Below, piece by piece: positions 63,871 to 64,000 of a stretch of 64,000 bases of DNA. Position numbers and translations under genes: made by a program. The notes under the pieces were generated by a model that was not told the origin of the DNA, searched no databases, and was given only the letters and a program-made list of their open reading frames with translations. The stretch comes from a virus. Position 1 is the first letter of the stretch. Each line of letters starts with the position of its first letter. The stretch is taken from positions 6,896 to 70,895 of the IMG/VR virus record IMGVR_UViG_3300036944_000508. One strand, written 5' to 3'.

Positions 63871-64000
63871 TTAAAATGGAACTTCTTCATTTACAGACTG
63901 GAAGTATGCGTCTTCATTCACACCATCATCTGGCACCGCATCGCTGTCGACTTTCTTATAGAGATCTAGGAAAGCGGACTTGGTGTCAGCATCGAAGCGA
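63871..64000 (-). CDS. cobS: C-terminal end of a CobS-like AAA ATPase (partial)
   Basis: Manual translation RFDADTKSAFLDLYKKVD...EEVPF*; usual position upstream of gp45. Confidence 0.7.
   Translation of the reverse strand, partial: RFDADTKSAFLDLYKKVDSDAVPDDGVNEDAYFQSVNEEVPF

Overview
64 kb of a large T4-like dsDNA phage genome, with essentially all real genes on the minus strand and a standard genetic code. The host is probably an alphaproteobacterium and plausibly a sphingomonad (GapR, a GlnE-like gene, an alpha-type Ile2 tRNA, tRNA-His with G-1). From the right end in transcription order: the replication module (cobS-like, gp45, gp44, gp62, regA, hsp20, gp43, uvsX, gp41); a late/virion and lysis block (putative head-packaged proteins with T4-like capsid-targeting motifs, embedded Rz/Rz1 spanins, Dps, M15+GH19 endolysin); primase; an AT-rich PP-loop ATPase / subtilisin / GNAT insertion; nucleotide metabolism (thyX, MazG-like, nrdA, glutaredoxin, nrdB, rnh); a 6 kb array of 23 tRNA or tRNA-like genes; and a hypervariable early region of promoter-bounded small-gene cassettes. 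A 24th tRNA lies at 51.8 kb. The most unusual signals are a D-armless tRNA-Arg(ACG) and a non-canonical tRNA(CAU), several highly structured unannotated RNAs in the tRNA array, a stand-alone and partly degenerate GlnE adenylyltransferase domain, the PP-loop/S8/GNAT cassette, putatively virion-packaged enzymes, repeated late-promoter/RBS-sequestering hairpins and a ROSE-like thermometer upstream of hsp20. All calls come from motif recognition and folding by eye; no searches or folding programs were run.
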